A stretch of DNA of 64,000 bases. Source: Octopus sinensis (lineage: Eukaryota). The notes below the pieces were generated by a model that made no database searches, was not told the DNA's origin, and worked only from the letters and a program-made list of their open reading frames with translations. Location of the stretch: the NCBI RefSeq assembly GCF_006345805.1, contig NC_043011.1, positions 9,796,001 to 9,860,000 on the forward strand, written 5' to 3'. This document shows, piece after piece, positions 1 to 12,306 of this stretch. Made by a program: the position numbers and the translations under genes. Position 1 is the stretch's first letter, and every line of letters begins with the position of its first letter.

Positions 1-81
1 TCAGACGGGTAGCCATGATGAGTATACTGGTCTTCGTATATTTTACTCCAGTGTCACTTTGATGGCATGCACTGCTGTCTC
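1..81 (+). mobile_element. Probable 3' end of a non-LTR retrotransposon (R4/Dong-like), cut by the window edge
   Basis: Unique sequence ending ...gatggcatgcactgctgtctc runs directly into (AAT)8 at 82-105, the same 3' architecture as the three R4-like copies downstream. No coding sequence is visible, so the family call is inference. Confidence 0.4.
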
Positions 82-105
82 AATAATAATAATAATAATA
101 ATAAT

Positions 106-318
106 GGTTTCAAATTTTGGCACAATGCCAGCAAATGTGTGTGGAAGGTGGGACATAAGATCATTAGATCAATCCACAATATTCAACTGGCACTTATTTT
201 ATCTACCTTAAAAAGGTGAAAGGCAAAGTTAACCTTGTAAGAAATTGAACTCGGAGCATAAGGATGGAGAAACTACTACTGAGCATTTTGTCTGGCATAA
301 TAATGATTCAGCAGTTTC
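106..318 (-). mobile_element. tRNA-head SINE (type B), degraded
   Basis: Aligns by eye with 20729-20942 (ggcacaa..., aactggcacttattttatc, aaaggcaaagttaacc, gaactc...gcatttt...gattc). Confidence 0.7.
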
Positions 319-342
319 CTACTTCAATGATGATAATGATGA

Positions 343-1940
343 TTTGAGTGAACTACTACAGAATATAAATTTTGGGTATGATCTAGGAGAAGGTAAGGGA
401 AAACTGAACCACTTGCTATTCGTGGACGACTTGAAGCTATTCACAAAAACTGAGGCAGAACTGGACAGCCTAGTCCAGTCTGTGCGGATTTTCTCCAATG
501 ATATTAAGATGGAGTTTGGACTCTCGAAATGTGCTACGATGGTGATGAGACGAAGAAAGCTTGCCAAGACGGAAGGCATAGGGTTTCCAAGTGGTGAAAT
601 GATGAAGGCAATTCAACCTCAATCTAGCAATATATACCTGGGAATACTTGAGGCAGATGGAATCAAACACCATGGCATGAAGGAAAACACAAAAAGAGAG
701 TACCTGTGGCAGGTGAGAAAAATATTAGCTTCAAAGCTGACTGCCAGGAAAATAAATTCACCAATAAACTTGTGTGCAGTCACAGTAATTCGGTATGGTG
801 CTGGAATTGTGAAGTGGACTGAGGAGGAGCTAAAGGGGATGAACAGGAAGTCTAGAAAGCTCCTAACGATGCATGAAGCCCATCATCCACATGCAGACAC
901 TGATCGCTTATACACAAAGAGAGCAAAGGGATGAAGGGGACTGATAAGTGTGGAACTCGAGAGCTTAATGAGTTTCCTAACCTAAAGTAAGGAAACCTTG
1001 CTAGTGACAGGAACAAGGGAGTATTGCGAGTAGAGACAAAAAAGGGAAATCAAAGGAAAAAGTCTGAAAAGGACATGAAGAAGAATTACACAAGATGGGA
1101 CTACACAATCAATTCCATGTTGCCACAGCAGAAGTCGCTGGAAAGAATGGGTGAGATTGGCTGATGAAGGGAACTCTAAAAAAAGAGACTGAGAGCATTA
1201 TATTGGCAGCACAAGACCAAGCTTTGGCTACAAATGGGAGGGTCAACTTTAGGAATGAGCAAGAGTCTCTGCTGTGCTGCATCTGTAATAGAGTGGGTGA
1301 AACCATTGCCCATATCACAAACAAATGCCCTGGACTTGCCCCAAACAACTTGCCCCAAACAAGTTGTGGCAACATGACCAGGTAGTAAAATGTTACACTG
1401 AAAACTGTGCAAAAAGTGGGGGTTAGAGGGGGGCAACATGTGGTGTGAGCACAAACTGCGGAGAGTGACGGAGTTGGAGACTAGCAAAATCCTCAGGGAT
1501 TTCCCAATCCAAACAGATCAGGTGCTAAAGCATAACAGACCGGACCTTGTGGTGGTGGTGGACAAGGTGCACCACATATGCTATACAGTTGATGTTGCAT
1601 GTCCCTTTGACCCACAAATAGTTAAGAAGGAAGGTGAAAAGATAGATAGATACAACCCTCTTAGCCCGGCTATGGAAAACGAAAAAGGTAAAGATAGTGC
1701 CAATCATTGTTGGGTCCTTGGGAACAGTATCAGAAGGCATTAAGAGGAATATAAAGGAAATTGGAATAGAGCACCCCATAGAACTGTTACAAAAGGTCTG
1801 CCTCCTTGGCACAGCCAGAATAATCAGGAAAGTATTAGATAGCTGAAAAGACCGGATAGTATGGTACTGTAGGAAGTAAGCCTGCTATGCATGCAAAACC
1901 CCAGAAGCTCCAACAGAACCTGTGATAAAGAGAAATTAAT
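343..1940 (+). mobile_element. 5'-truncated, frameshifted R4/Dong-like non-LTR retrotransposon (copy 1): RT C-terminal half, CCHC knuckle, RLE endonuclease
   Basis: ORF pieces 245..934 (LNHLLFVDDLKL, EFGLSKCA, YLGILE), 1164..1385 (AAQDQAL; CCICNRVGETIAHITNKC) and 1438..1743 (DFPIQTD..NRPDLVVV..DVACPFD). Coding similarity ends ~1845, followed by a short 3' UTR and a (TAA)n tail at 1941-1952. Confidence 0.9.
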
Positions 1941-1952
1941 TATAATAATAAT

Positions 1953-2365
1953 ACAGACTGATAGAGTAATAGAAGCTAGAAGACCTGATTTAGTAGTAAG
2001 AGGATAGAAAGAGGATAGAAAGTGCCAGATAATTGACTTTAGAATCCCAAATGAGGAAAAAACTCAATATGAGAAGTATAGAAAAAATGGCAAAGTACCA
2101 GGACCTAGATATTGCATTATAGAGACTATGGAAAGTGCGGGTAAAATGTATCCCAGTAGTTATAGGTGCATTGGGAACTATCCCTAAAGATCTGAACAGA
2201 TGGAGAGAGGAAAAAGGCATAAAGCCCAGTTTAGTACAGTTCCAGAAAACAGTGTTATTAGGGACAGCTATGATACTTAGGAGGGTTCTTGGCATCTAAG
2301 GTTACTTGTAGCCTGATGTTAGGATTGTTTTCTTTTCCAACAGTTTAATCTGTTGTGTGTATATG
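1953..2365 (+). mobile_element. Short 3' fragment of a second R4/Dong-like family (copy 2): RLE C-terminus plus 3' UTR
   Basis: Translates QTDRVIEARRPDLVV, then ...IGALGTIPK... and LGTAMILRRVLGI* (stop ~2299). Its 3' UTR differs from copy 1 and it ends in (AAT)n at 2366-2415. Confidence 0.8.
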
Positions 2366-2415
<50 letters not shown>

Positions 2416-2416
<1 letters not shown>

Positions 2417-5400
2417 GGCCGGACGTTGTTCCTCATGTCCCGCAAATAAAACCCAAAAGACATAAATGGACACGTGAGGAATACATTTCTATCCTACATG
2501 CATACTTCACAGCAGTGATCTACCCAAAAAATGAAAACACAACAACACATACATATAAAATATGGAAGGAAAATAATAGAGATATAGACTTGGATACAGC
2601 AATGAACCCTAATAAATTAGCTAACGTACGAAGATACATTCTCAATGCAAAAAAAATATCAGAAATAGAAAAAGAACATCTAAAAGAAAACATACACCAG
2701 GAAAATGTAGATAGAAGCCACACAACAATACCCAATAATATAAACACTGAAACTGTAACACACGAAGACAAACGCAACATTCCCAACAAACACGATGTAA
2801 ACAAAAAACAACAAACCCAGACCGTAAGGATGCATAATAATACACAACAAACAGCAAGCCAAAACACAACAAACAAACATATAAATAAGAAAGAAAGTGA
2901 CACAAATCTAAAACCTGGAAACAACGAAGGGGAGCCTAATGATTATGATAATATAAAAAGTAAAATAATCAAAGAACTGAAAACCACAGAGCTCAAAATG
3001 GACCACCGACCATACCTCCCAAAAATCAAAATAGACGAAACAACAACATCAATTATAAACAACATAAATCTAGCCGTCACGGAACTAATAGCCACTGAAA
3101 CAAATAGCGATATCACTGAGCTAAATGACTTAGTATACGCAGCAACCACTGCAGCCACAAAAGAAGCTGGATACTCACTCAAACCCATCCAAACAGGAGT
3201 ACCACCACCCAAACAAACCCTGTGGATAAATAACATCCAAAACAAAATACAAAAAATGAGAAAAGATCTGTCGATTCTTAATGAAATCAGTAGACAATCA
3301 ACGCTACTAAGCAACAAAAAGAAAACAAAAATACTCCGCAAATATACCATCACAGAAAAAGAGTTACCTGAGATAAAAGAAAAGCTAAAGCAGGATATCC
3401 TTGCCAAAGCTCAAAGGATCTGCCGGTATGAGAAACGCCAACATTTCTCTGAACAAAACAAACAGTTCAACTCCAACCCCAAAAAGTTCTACCAAGAACT
3501 TGGCAAAAATAAAATAGTAATCACTGCAGCACCAACGGCAGAAGAAGTGGAAGAATTCTGGAGAGAAATATGGTCGACGAACGAACAACCAAAAAAAAGG
3601 AGTATTAAAACAACAAACTCAGCATCTGAGCAACTTTGGACCCCATAACAACTGAAGAAGTCACCCAGGCACTGCAAAGACTAAGCAACTGGCAGGCACC
3701 TGGGCATGACAAGATCCCCAACTTCTGGTTGAAATATCTAATAGGAATGCACAAAAAGCTGGATGTAAACTTTAACAACATACTAGCAGAGCCAGAGACA
3801 ATGCCTGAATAGCTCATGAAGGGGAAAACCATCTTAATTCCCAAATCAAATGAGACAGCAAAACCAGAAAACTACAGACCAATAACCTGTCTCCCTACAA
3901 TGTACAAGGCATTTACTGCAGTGATATCGCAAAGGTTGAACATGCACGTGGACGAAAACAACCTGTTTCCAGAAGAGCAGAAAGGATGCCGCAAAGGCTC
4001 ATATGGCTGTAAAGATCAACTAATGATTAATAAAGCCATAACTGAAGACAGCCACAGAAAGAAGAAAGGCCTCAGTATGGCCTGGATCGACTACAAAAAG
4101 GCGTTTGATAGCATCCCCCACACATGGATCCTCGAAACACTAGCCATTAACAAAGTAGCACCAACAATTATAAAATTCATAGGGCACTCTATAAATAAAT
4201 GGCAAACAGTGCTACAGCTCCAAACAAAAGAGGGACTCATGAAAACCAAAGACATCCCCATTAGAAGAGGAATATTCCAGGAAGACATGCTCTCTCCACT
4301 CCTTTTCTGCTTGGTACTGTCATCTCTATCTGATATGCTAAATAGAACTGGATGCGGATATAAATGTTACGGCAAAAAGATCAGCCACCTTTTATATATG
4401 GATGACCTAAAACTATACGCTACAAATGACAAACAGCTGGAAACACTACTAAAGACAGTTCATGGATTTACCAAAGAAATAGATATGAAATTTGGATTAG
4501 AGAAATGCGCCAAAGTAACCCTGAAAAGAGGAAAACTAGTTAAGAGTAGCAACATCACACTAGATAAAACCAATGAAATAAAAGAATTAGACCAAAGCCA
4601 AACTTATAAATACTTAGGAATCCATGAACTAGATAAGACACAACACACACAAATGAAAGAGAAAATAAAAAAAGAATATTATAGACGAGTTAGATCAATA
4701 CTAAAAACAGAGCTCAATGCTAAAAACAAGATAATAAGTATTAACACTTTAGCTGTCCCAGTTATAAGCTACAGCTACAATATCCTTAACTGGACACTAA
4801 ATGAACTGACCAAAATAGATAGGAAAACAAGAAAAATAATGACAGGATCTAGGATGCATCACCCAAAATCTGACATAGAAAGACTATATATACAACGTAT
4901 AGAAGGTGGTAGAGGCCTTATACAGCTGGAAAACTACTATAAAATAACCACCATAGGACTGCAAAAATATGTACTTCAGAAGGAAGGAAAACTTACACAA
5001 ATAGCGGCAAAACACGAGCAAAACAAAAAACTGTTCTCAGTATTTAAGGAAGCTGACAAATACAAACAAGAAATCATACCACCTAATAAATATGAAGAAG
5101 AAGAAGAAGAAGAAGAAGAAGATGAAGAAACAACAAAAGCTATAAAACAAATGAAATCCAAACTAAAAATAGAACAGCAATGAACCATGATAAAACGATG
5201 GCAAGAAAAACCCCTTCATGGTAAATACTGGACTAAACTAAACGCAAAAGAAATAGACAAAGAAAAATCGCAGCAATGGTTGAGAAGCTCAGTACTCAAA
5301 GCAGAGACAGAGGGATTTTTAATTGCAGCACAAGACCAAAGCCTCCCCACCAGAAATTACAAAAAACATGTAATGAAAAGAAATATAACAAGTAACTGCA

Positions 5401-6048
5401 GAATATGTGGAGATGGACAAGAAACAATAAATCATATTATCTCTGGCTGCCCAGTCCTGGCTAAGAAGGAATATATTCACAGACATGACAGAGTTGGAAC
5501 CTACATACACTGGAAGCTATGCCAACATTATGGAATAACAACAGAAAAAAGATGGTATAGGCACACACCAGAAGAGGTCACAGAAAACGAGAAAGCAACC
5601 ATACTCTGGGATATGCCAATACACACAGATAGAGAAATTAAGGCCAACAGACCAGATATAGTTGTCAGAGATCATGAAGAAAAAAAATGCTTTCTAATTG
5701 ATGTATCAATACCGGCAGATGACAACGTATCTCTAAAAGAAATGGAGAAACTTTCAAAATACAAAGACCTGGAAATAGAGGTAACCAGAATGTGGAATCT
5801 AAAACAGAAACAATTCCTATCATTAGGCATGATAAAAAAATATTTAAACAAATACATAACAAAAACACCAGGACTTACAAACACATATAACATACAGAAA
5901 ATTGCACTACTAGGCACTGCACACATCCTATGCAGAACACTTTCCATACAATAACCATCAGAGCATCACAGCAAATCACAGCACATACCCAAGGCACACA
6001 GAGCTGCGCTCGGTAGTGAAGTGAAAGCACGCTATAAAAATAAAACTA

Positions 6049-6050
<2 letters not shown>
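2416..6050 (+). mobile_element. Near full-length R4/Dong-like non-LTR retrotransposon (copy 3); single RT-CCHC-RLE ORF broken by a few lesions
   Basis: N-terminal KRHKWTREEY motif; RT motifs NYRPITCL, QKGC, WIDYKKAFDSIPH, GIFQEDMLSPLLF, LLYMDDLKL; CRICGDGQETINHIISGC knuckle; RLE NRPDIVVRD..DVSIP..KLSKYKDL. Lesions: frameshift ~3600-3645, TAG 3810-3812, TGA 5181-5183. 3' UTR 5955-6050 precedes an (AAT)n/(GAT)n tail. Confidence 0.95.
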
Positions 6051-6098
<48 letters not shown>

Positions 6099-6118
6099 TA
6101 ATAATAATGATGATGATT
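6051..6118 (+). repeat. (AAT)n/(GAT)n tract, tail or target of copy 3
   Basis: Direct reading. Confidence 0.95.
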
Positions 6119-6549
6119 TTATTTATTTGCCACAAGGGCAGATCAAGATAACAGAAAAAATGGAGAAATTACTGAAAAGTCAAGGGAAGTTGAGAGGAGG
6201 AAAATTGGTAAATACTGGTTGTTTAGTGAGATTCTATATGGTGGTAATTTGTTGGGGGGGGGGGAGGACAAAAGAGATTGAATGAAGAAGCAATTCAATA
6301 AATTATTTGACAACAGACACTCATCTCTTTCACTACTCATCAACTGAAAATGTGTCCCTGCTATTAATAATCACCTGGTTGATTCTGACCATAACGAAGA
6401 ATGATGGAAGTCATCAATCTATTGGCATTTTGAGAGATTCTAACAAACTTCCATGCTCACTTCATCAATCGACGGAAGTGGACATGTTTCAGGAAGATTT
6501 CAAAGAATATCATTTCTCTTTTAAACTGCTTCACTGATTGTTGACTTAC

Positions 6550-6637
6550 ATCCAACTGCCAACTGCCACCGACAAATATATTTATCAGAAAGATCGATTA
6601 GAGATGTGAAGGTGCCAGCAGATAGTTTATAGAATTC
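6550..6637 (-). CDS. Candidate internal coding exon (88 nt; EFYKLSAGTFTSLIDLSDKYICRWQLAVG), protein unidentified
   Basis: Minus strand: acceptor tttgctttgatctgttctgttgcag| and donor |GTAAGT. Only one of three frames is open. No homology recognised. Confidence 0.4.
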
Positions 6638-7089
6638 CTGCAACAGAACAGATCAAAGCAAATATATTTTCTCCCATTATTATTCAGTTAACATGATGTA
6701 AGACAGTTAACAGAAGCAAGTGAAGGACAAAATGGTACAGCATCAATATTTGTTCATAATAGCTGGCTGCGGAGAAACGAGTCAATAGTTACTAGTTCTT
6801 TAGTTGATCTTTAGATTATATTTCACTGAATTTATAATCAAAATAAAGAAAACAAGCAAGAAAACGGTTTCAGTCTGGTATTTGCAAGTGAAGTTTGATG
6901 GAAAACTCACAACAAATATGAGTTTTTCCTGTTCCTTCAATTTTGCTTCCATTTTTTGTGGAGTGTCTTCTCGACACCTAGGGCAAAGAAACTCGCCCTA
7001 TACATTGATAATCCATTAAAACAAACATACCACACTGTTCATTTACAAAATCAAATAGAGTTATGTAAAAAAAATTTTAAATTACATGG

Positions 7090-7270
7090 GAGGCTGTTGT
7101 TGCCACGGTGACAATGTGCTTCCCAATACACATGACATCCTGGTTACAACTATTATTTGCTCTTCTTGCAAGGGATGGTAAGCTAGGAATCATCCTCACC
7201 AAATGTTCACTTCCCTTTTTGACCATTCCAAGTGCTTCTAGGTGGTGAGTTGGCACAGTAGACATAAATG
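7090..7270 (-). mobile_element. Degraded R4-like RLE C-terminal remnant
   Basis: Minus ORF 7077..7286 contains TVP..ALGMVKKG.EHL..IP.LPSL, resembling the R4 C-terminus (compare GMIKKYL...PGL in copy 3). Confidence 0.5.
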
Positions 7271-7288
7271 CTTCACAGCATTTCACCC

Positions 7289-7498
7289 AGAGAAAGACAG
7301 AAAGACAGAGAGAGACAGACAGACAGACAGAAAGATAGAGAGAGACAGAAAGACAGAAAGACAGAGAGAGACAGACAGACAGAAAGACAGAGAGAGACAG
7401 ACAGACAGAGAGAGACAGAAAGACAGAGACAGACAGACAGAAAGACAGAGAGAGACAGAGAGAGACAGACAGAGACAGACAGAGAGAGACAGAAAGAC

Positions 7499-7531
<33 letters not shown>

Positions 7532-7632
7532 AAGACAGAGAGAGAGAGACAGACAGACAGAAAGACAGAGAGAGGCAGAGAGAGACAGAAAGACAGACAG
7601 AGAGAGACAGAGAGACAGAGAGAGACAGACAG
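7289..7632 (+). repeat. Compound (GACA)n/(GA)n microsatellite, ~340 bp
   Basis: Direct reading; explains ORFs 7242..7826 and 7268..7642. Confidence 0.95.
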
Positions 7633-8152
7633 TCAGAGCTAATAATGAGGGATTATCAATCTGGACAAAATGCTTCCTAAGTTCTCTGTTGGCTATTCAG
7701 ATCAGTGAAGAACTCCAGGTAATCTTGTGGCAGGGTCCAATGTTATGCTTCATCACAATTCTGTATTGTAAATCCGTGCATGAGCTCCAGACAAACTGGT
7801 TTTTACACAGAGTCATATATATATAAGAAACAAGTTTAAAATAATGCTTATTACATACTTAACATCTTTCAATCCATCAGTATTCATCAGTGTGTGTGTG
7901 GGTGTGTGTTCAAATTAGTGAGGTGGTTTTTACTTGATAAAAGCAATGACGTCTATTTCACAGCAGAATTTTACAAGTTTGGAACCAGGTCCTATTAATA
8001 AAGTGTCAAAGGCTGTTTAAAAACTGAAATGAGGGTGAATTTCTTCACATTCTTTCTAAATTTCTGATTCAGAATATGCTCAAATTTCTATCATTATCCT
8101 TATATTTAAGTAATATATGTTTCTATATGCAAAGAAAAATATGCCTATATAT

Positions 8153-8397
8153 CACCTTGATCACCTTGACCGACCAGTCCGTCAGGCGTCCATTTGACAC
8201 CGCTGGTCACAGCATGCTGTCCACTCCTCTCTGGATTGCGCCTTTCTCAGCACGATGGACCATATATTCACTCTAACGCAACTGCTTGAGCGAGCAAATG
8301 AGTACAAGCTGCCTCTTTGCGTTGCGTTTATAGATTATGAGAAGGCCTTCGATAGCGTCGAAACCAACGCAGTGCTGAACTCGCTGCAGAGGCAAGG
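8153..8397 (-). mobile_element. Short RTE-clade LINE insertion with internal inversion and 12-bp TSD
   Basis: 8153-~8245 is an RTE 3' end on the minus strand (RKAQSREEWTACCDQRCQMDA*, tail CAAGGTGAT x2). ~8245-8397 is RT on the plus strand (STMDHIFTLTQLLERANEYKLPLCVAFIDYEKAFDSVE). ATGCCTATATAT occurs at 8141-8152 and 8398-8409. Confidence 0.9.
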
Positions 8398-9280
8398 ATG
8401 CCTATATATGGTAGCTGGTAAATCAATTCCTGTCAACTAATTGTGGCTAATAATATAACAGTAAATCCATTGTGATGCCAAACACATCATCATTGATCAG
8501 TTCATTCTCAAGTCTTTCATCAACAGAATGTATATTCCTTGCTAAACGTCATTTCACTGCTTTTAATACAGAATAAATATATCTATTCAAAGACAAAAAA
8601 TTATAAATAACAGATTTATTACACGCAAAAAAACAGATCAAATTATTTTAACTCCAAGAAACATTGTAAACGACAAATTAGGAGAAATATTTCTTAAATA
8701 ATCTAGGAATTCGTGAGTTTGCTATTTATTGACAAAATTTTGAATTCTGAAAGCAATATTCTGGTCAATCAAAACTTCATTTCTTAATTGTCCACCCACC
8801 ATTTTTCAAGATTTCTAAGAATTCCAAATCACTGAAAAGAATTTTTTCATTTTTGTGGTTTTTATGAAATACAGCATATTTACTTTCCAAATAGAAATTT
8901 TAGATATCATTTAAGGCTGTGTTTATTCTGTGAAATAAAAGTTTAAGAATAAAATCAGCTGCAATGAAGACTCAACCAAGGATGTGTTTAGTATGACCAA
9001 TTGACCAGTTTGTATTTAGTTCTCCTTGCACTGAACTATCTACAAACTATATTTCTTTCATAGACATATTAATGTTATACCATCATAATATAATTCTTCT
9101 AAATGTGTGTGCGTGTGTGTGTGTGTGTGCATGCATGTGCACACGCACACACATACACACATACACACATACACACATATACATCCAGTATCAAAGAGCC
9201 CAAGCAATACTTTTCTATTCAGCCATGTCTGATGATTGTTAATCTCTCCATTCAATTTGTAGAAGAGTTTTGGCATGAAA

Positions 9281-9281
<1 letters not shown>

Positions 9282-9330
<49 letters not shown>

Positions 9331-9672
9331 TTCTCTCTCTCTCTTGTGTCATGGCATATCCATGCCATTGACAAATCATGGCTTGTTCCTCCTCCTCCTT
9401 TTATTTCTGCCTCTCGTAACATCACCCGGGTCTTTCTCGCTCTGCACGTTCATTCTCTTCTTCATCCAGTGTCGAATATCTTCATCCTCTGCCTTCCTCT
9501 CTCGCTCTCCTTCCCACCACCTCAGTCTTCACCTTGTAATGCTCCATTCTGCCATCCTCTCTGAGAAAATGACCAACAAATCTCCACTGTCTCTCTCTAG
9601 TAATATCCATCAAACTGTCTCTTCACTTACATCCTCTTCAACACTTCCACACTTGTCAACCTTTCAGCAACC
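9282..9672 (-). mobile_element. Degraded RTE LINE 3' end with (GA)n tail
   Basis: Minus strand reads (with frameshifts) EVLKRM..RQWRFVGHFLRED..VVGRRARGRQRMKIFD, a typical RTE C-terminus. The plus-strand (CT)n at 9282-9342 is its tail. Confidence 0.65.
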
Positions 9673-9738
9673 ATTCAGTAATATTAACTGGTTGCTATGA
9701 GACTTCATAGTATAAATAATTGATAATCATATATACTT

Positions 9739-10997
9739 TATATATATATATATATATATACATACATGCACATAATGTGAATATATATATAATATGTTAC
9801 AGTTAGTAGGTTGTTATAATAAAACTCAGAGTTTCGGATACCGGGGCTGAAAACTGTTCCAGCATCTCATCAGTTTTTGTACGATAACCAAGTAATTGTC
9901 ACATATTATATCTAAAGATAAATTCCTCTATTTACATAATATTGAGGTCTCATTCATTCTTTTGTTGTCACATCATTATTAATATATATATATGACACTA
10001 TCAAAATAATTACTTATACAAGACCAGTGTAGTTTCTTTCACTTTAAAATTCAACAAATTCTAAAGAGATGCAAATAAGTGATCTTGTAAAAGCCATTAA
10101 TTGAATGAAGTAAACATTTCTACTTTCCTTTATGTATTGAGTACTTTACCTTCAATCATTATGGTCCCCCTTTGTTTAGTTTTAAACAAGTACCAGTGAA
10201 ATAAAGGGATTGATTTGACACCCCTGCCTGTCTCTTCACAGAAACTGTTGGACCTGAGCCTAGTTTAGACACAAAAGAACAGCAGTGATGAAGGAAACCC
10301 AAACAATAACGAGAGAGAACAGAGTTAATGATTAAATTTGTTTTCTCTCCAAGTTTTTCTCTTATCAGCTGAATATCCATTAACAGCATCGTTCTCGTGT
10401 GTGCCTCTGCTATCAATAAAACATGTACTAGTAAGATATTGATCTCCATTGAAACAATCACTCTTACCAAAAAAATGATGAGCTAAGTAAGAGGCTTTAA
10501 AAAACAACCCCATTGTCGTTGTTACAATAAAAATATATCTGTACGGTGACGTGGCTTTACGGTTGAATGAATACACAGCGAGATTACTAATCTGAGAATT
10601 TATCAATTTAATTTCTAAACCAACAGTGTGTGGTACCTTAAGGAAAATAATGAACACATTGTTTGAGTTAGGCAATTTAGCTGCATAGATGTATGTTCCA
10701 TTGGCATTTTACAGCTGAGTGGACAGAGCTAGAAAGTTCACCCAACTATGAAGCAGTTCATGGTTAAGTGGAGAGAAAAGTCATTAGCAACAGTACAACA
10801 TGTATTGTTGTTCTGTTGCTATTTTTGTGTCCATTTGCAAAGAATGGCAAGTTGATGCAACGTGTTCCAGTTACCAGAAACATGTCAATATGTTATCTTT
10901 AACACTAACAACAATAGCTTAGCTCGGCAGTTTCTCAAACATGATACAGATGTATACGTGTGTGTGTGTGTATACATACAAATTTATATACATACAA

Positions 10998-11032
<35 letters not shown>

Positions 11033-12264
11033 CATGCACATAATGTGAATATATATATAATATGTTACAGTTAGTAGGTTGTTATAATAAAACTCAGAGT
11101 TTCGGATACCGGGGCTGAAAACTGTTCCAGCATCTCATCAGTTTTTGTACGATAACCAAGTAATTGTCACATATTATATCTAAAGATAAATTCCTCTATT
11201 TACATAATATTGAGGTCTCATTCATTCTTTTGTTGTCACATCATTATTAATATATATATATGACACTATCAAAATAATTACTTATACAAGACCAGTGTAG
11301 TTTCTTTCACTTTAAAATTCAACAAATTCTAAAGAGATGCAAATAAGTGATCTTGTAAAAGCCATTAATTGAATGAAGTAAACATTTCTACTTTCCTTTA
11401 TGTATTGAGTACTTTACCTTCAATCATTATGGTCCCCCTTTGTTTAGTTTTAAACAAGTACCAGTGAAATAAGGGATTGATTTGACACCCCTGCCTGTCT
11501 CTTCACAGAAACTGTTGGACCTGAGCCTAGTTTAGACACAAAAGAACAGCAGTGATGAAGGAAACCCAAACAATAACGAGAGAGAACAGAGTTAATGATT
11601 AAATTTGTTTTCTCTCCAAGTTTTTCTCTTATCAGCTGAATATCCATTAACAGCATCGTTCTCGTGTGTGCCTCTGCTATCAATAAAACATGTACTAGTA
11701 AGATATTGATCTCCATTGAAACAATCACTCTTACCAAAAAAATGATGAGCTAAGTAAGAGGCTTTAAAAAACAACCCCATTGTCGTTGTTACAATAAAAA
11801 TATATCTGTACGGTGACGTGGCTTTACGGTTGAATGAATACACAGCGAGATTACTAATCTGAGAATTTATCAATTTAATTTCTAAACCAACAGTGTGTGG
11901 TACCTTAAGGAAAATAATGAACACATTGTTTGAGTTAGGCAATTTAGCTGCATAGATGTATGTTCCATTGGCATTTTACAGCTGAGTGGACAGAGCTAGA
12001 AAGTTCACCCAACTATGAAGCAGTTCATGGTTAAGTGGAGAGAAAAGTCATTAGCAACAGTACAACATGTATTGTTGTTCTGTTGCTATTTTTGTGTCCA
12101 TTTGCAAAGAATGGCAAGTTGATGCAACGTGTTCCAGTTACCAGAAACATGTCAATATGTTATCTTTAACACTAACAACAATAGCTTAGCTCGGCAGTTT
12201 CTCAAACATGATACAGATGTATACGTGTGTGTGTGTGTATACATACAAATTTATATACATACAA

Positions 12265-12298
<34 letters not shown>
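9739..12298. repeat. Tandem duplication of a ~1268-bp unit (two copies) bounded by (TA)n tracts
   Basis: catacatgcacataatgtg at 9761 and 11029; identical ORFs at offset 1267 (10325/11592, 10862/12129). The only difference I noticed is gtgaaataaaggg vs gtgaaataaggg. Confidence 0.95.

Positions 12299-12306
<8 letters not shown>

Noticed and set aside
7242-7826. 194-aa and 124-aa R/E/T/D/Q-rich ORFs
   Set aside because: They are translations of the (GACA)n/(GA)n microsatellite.
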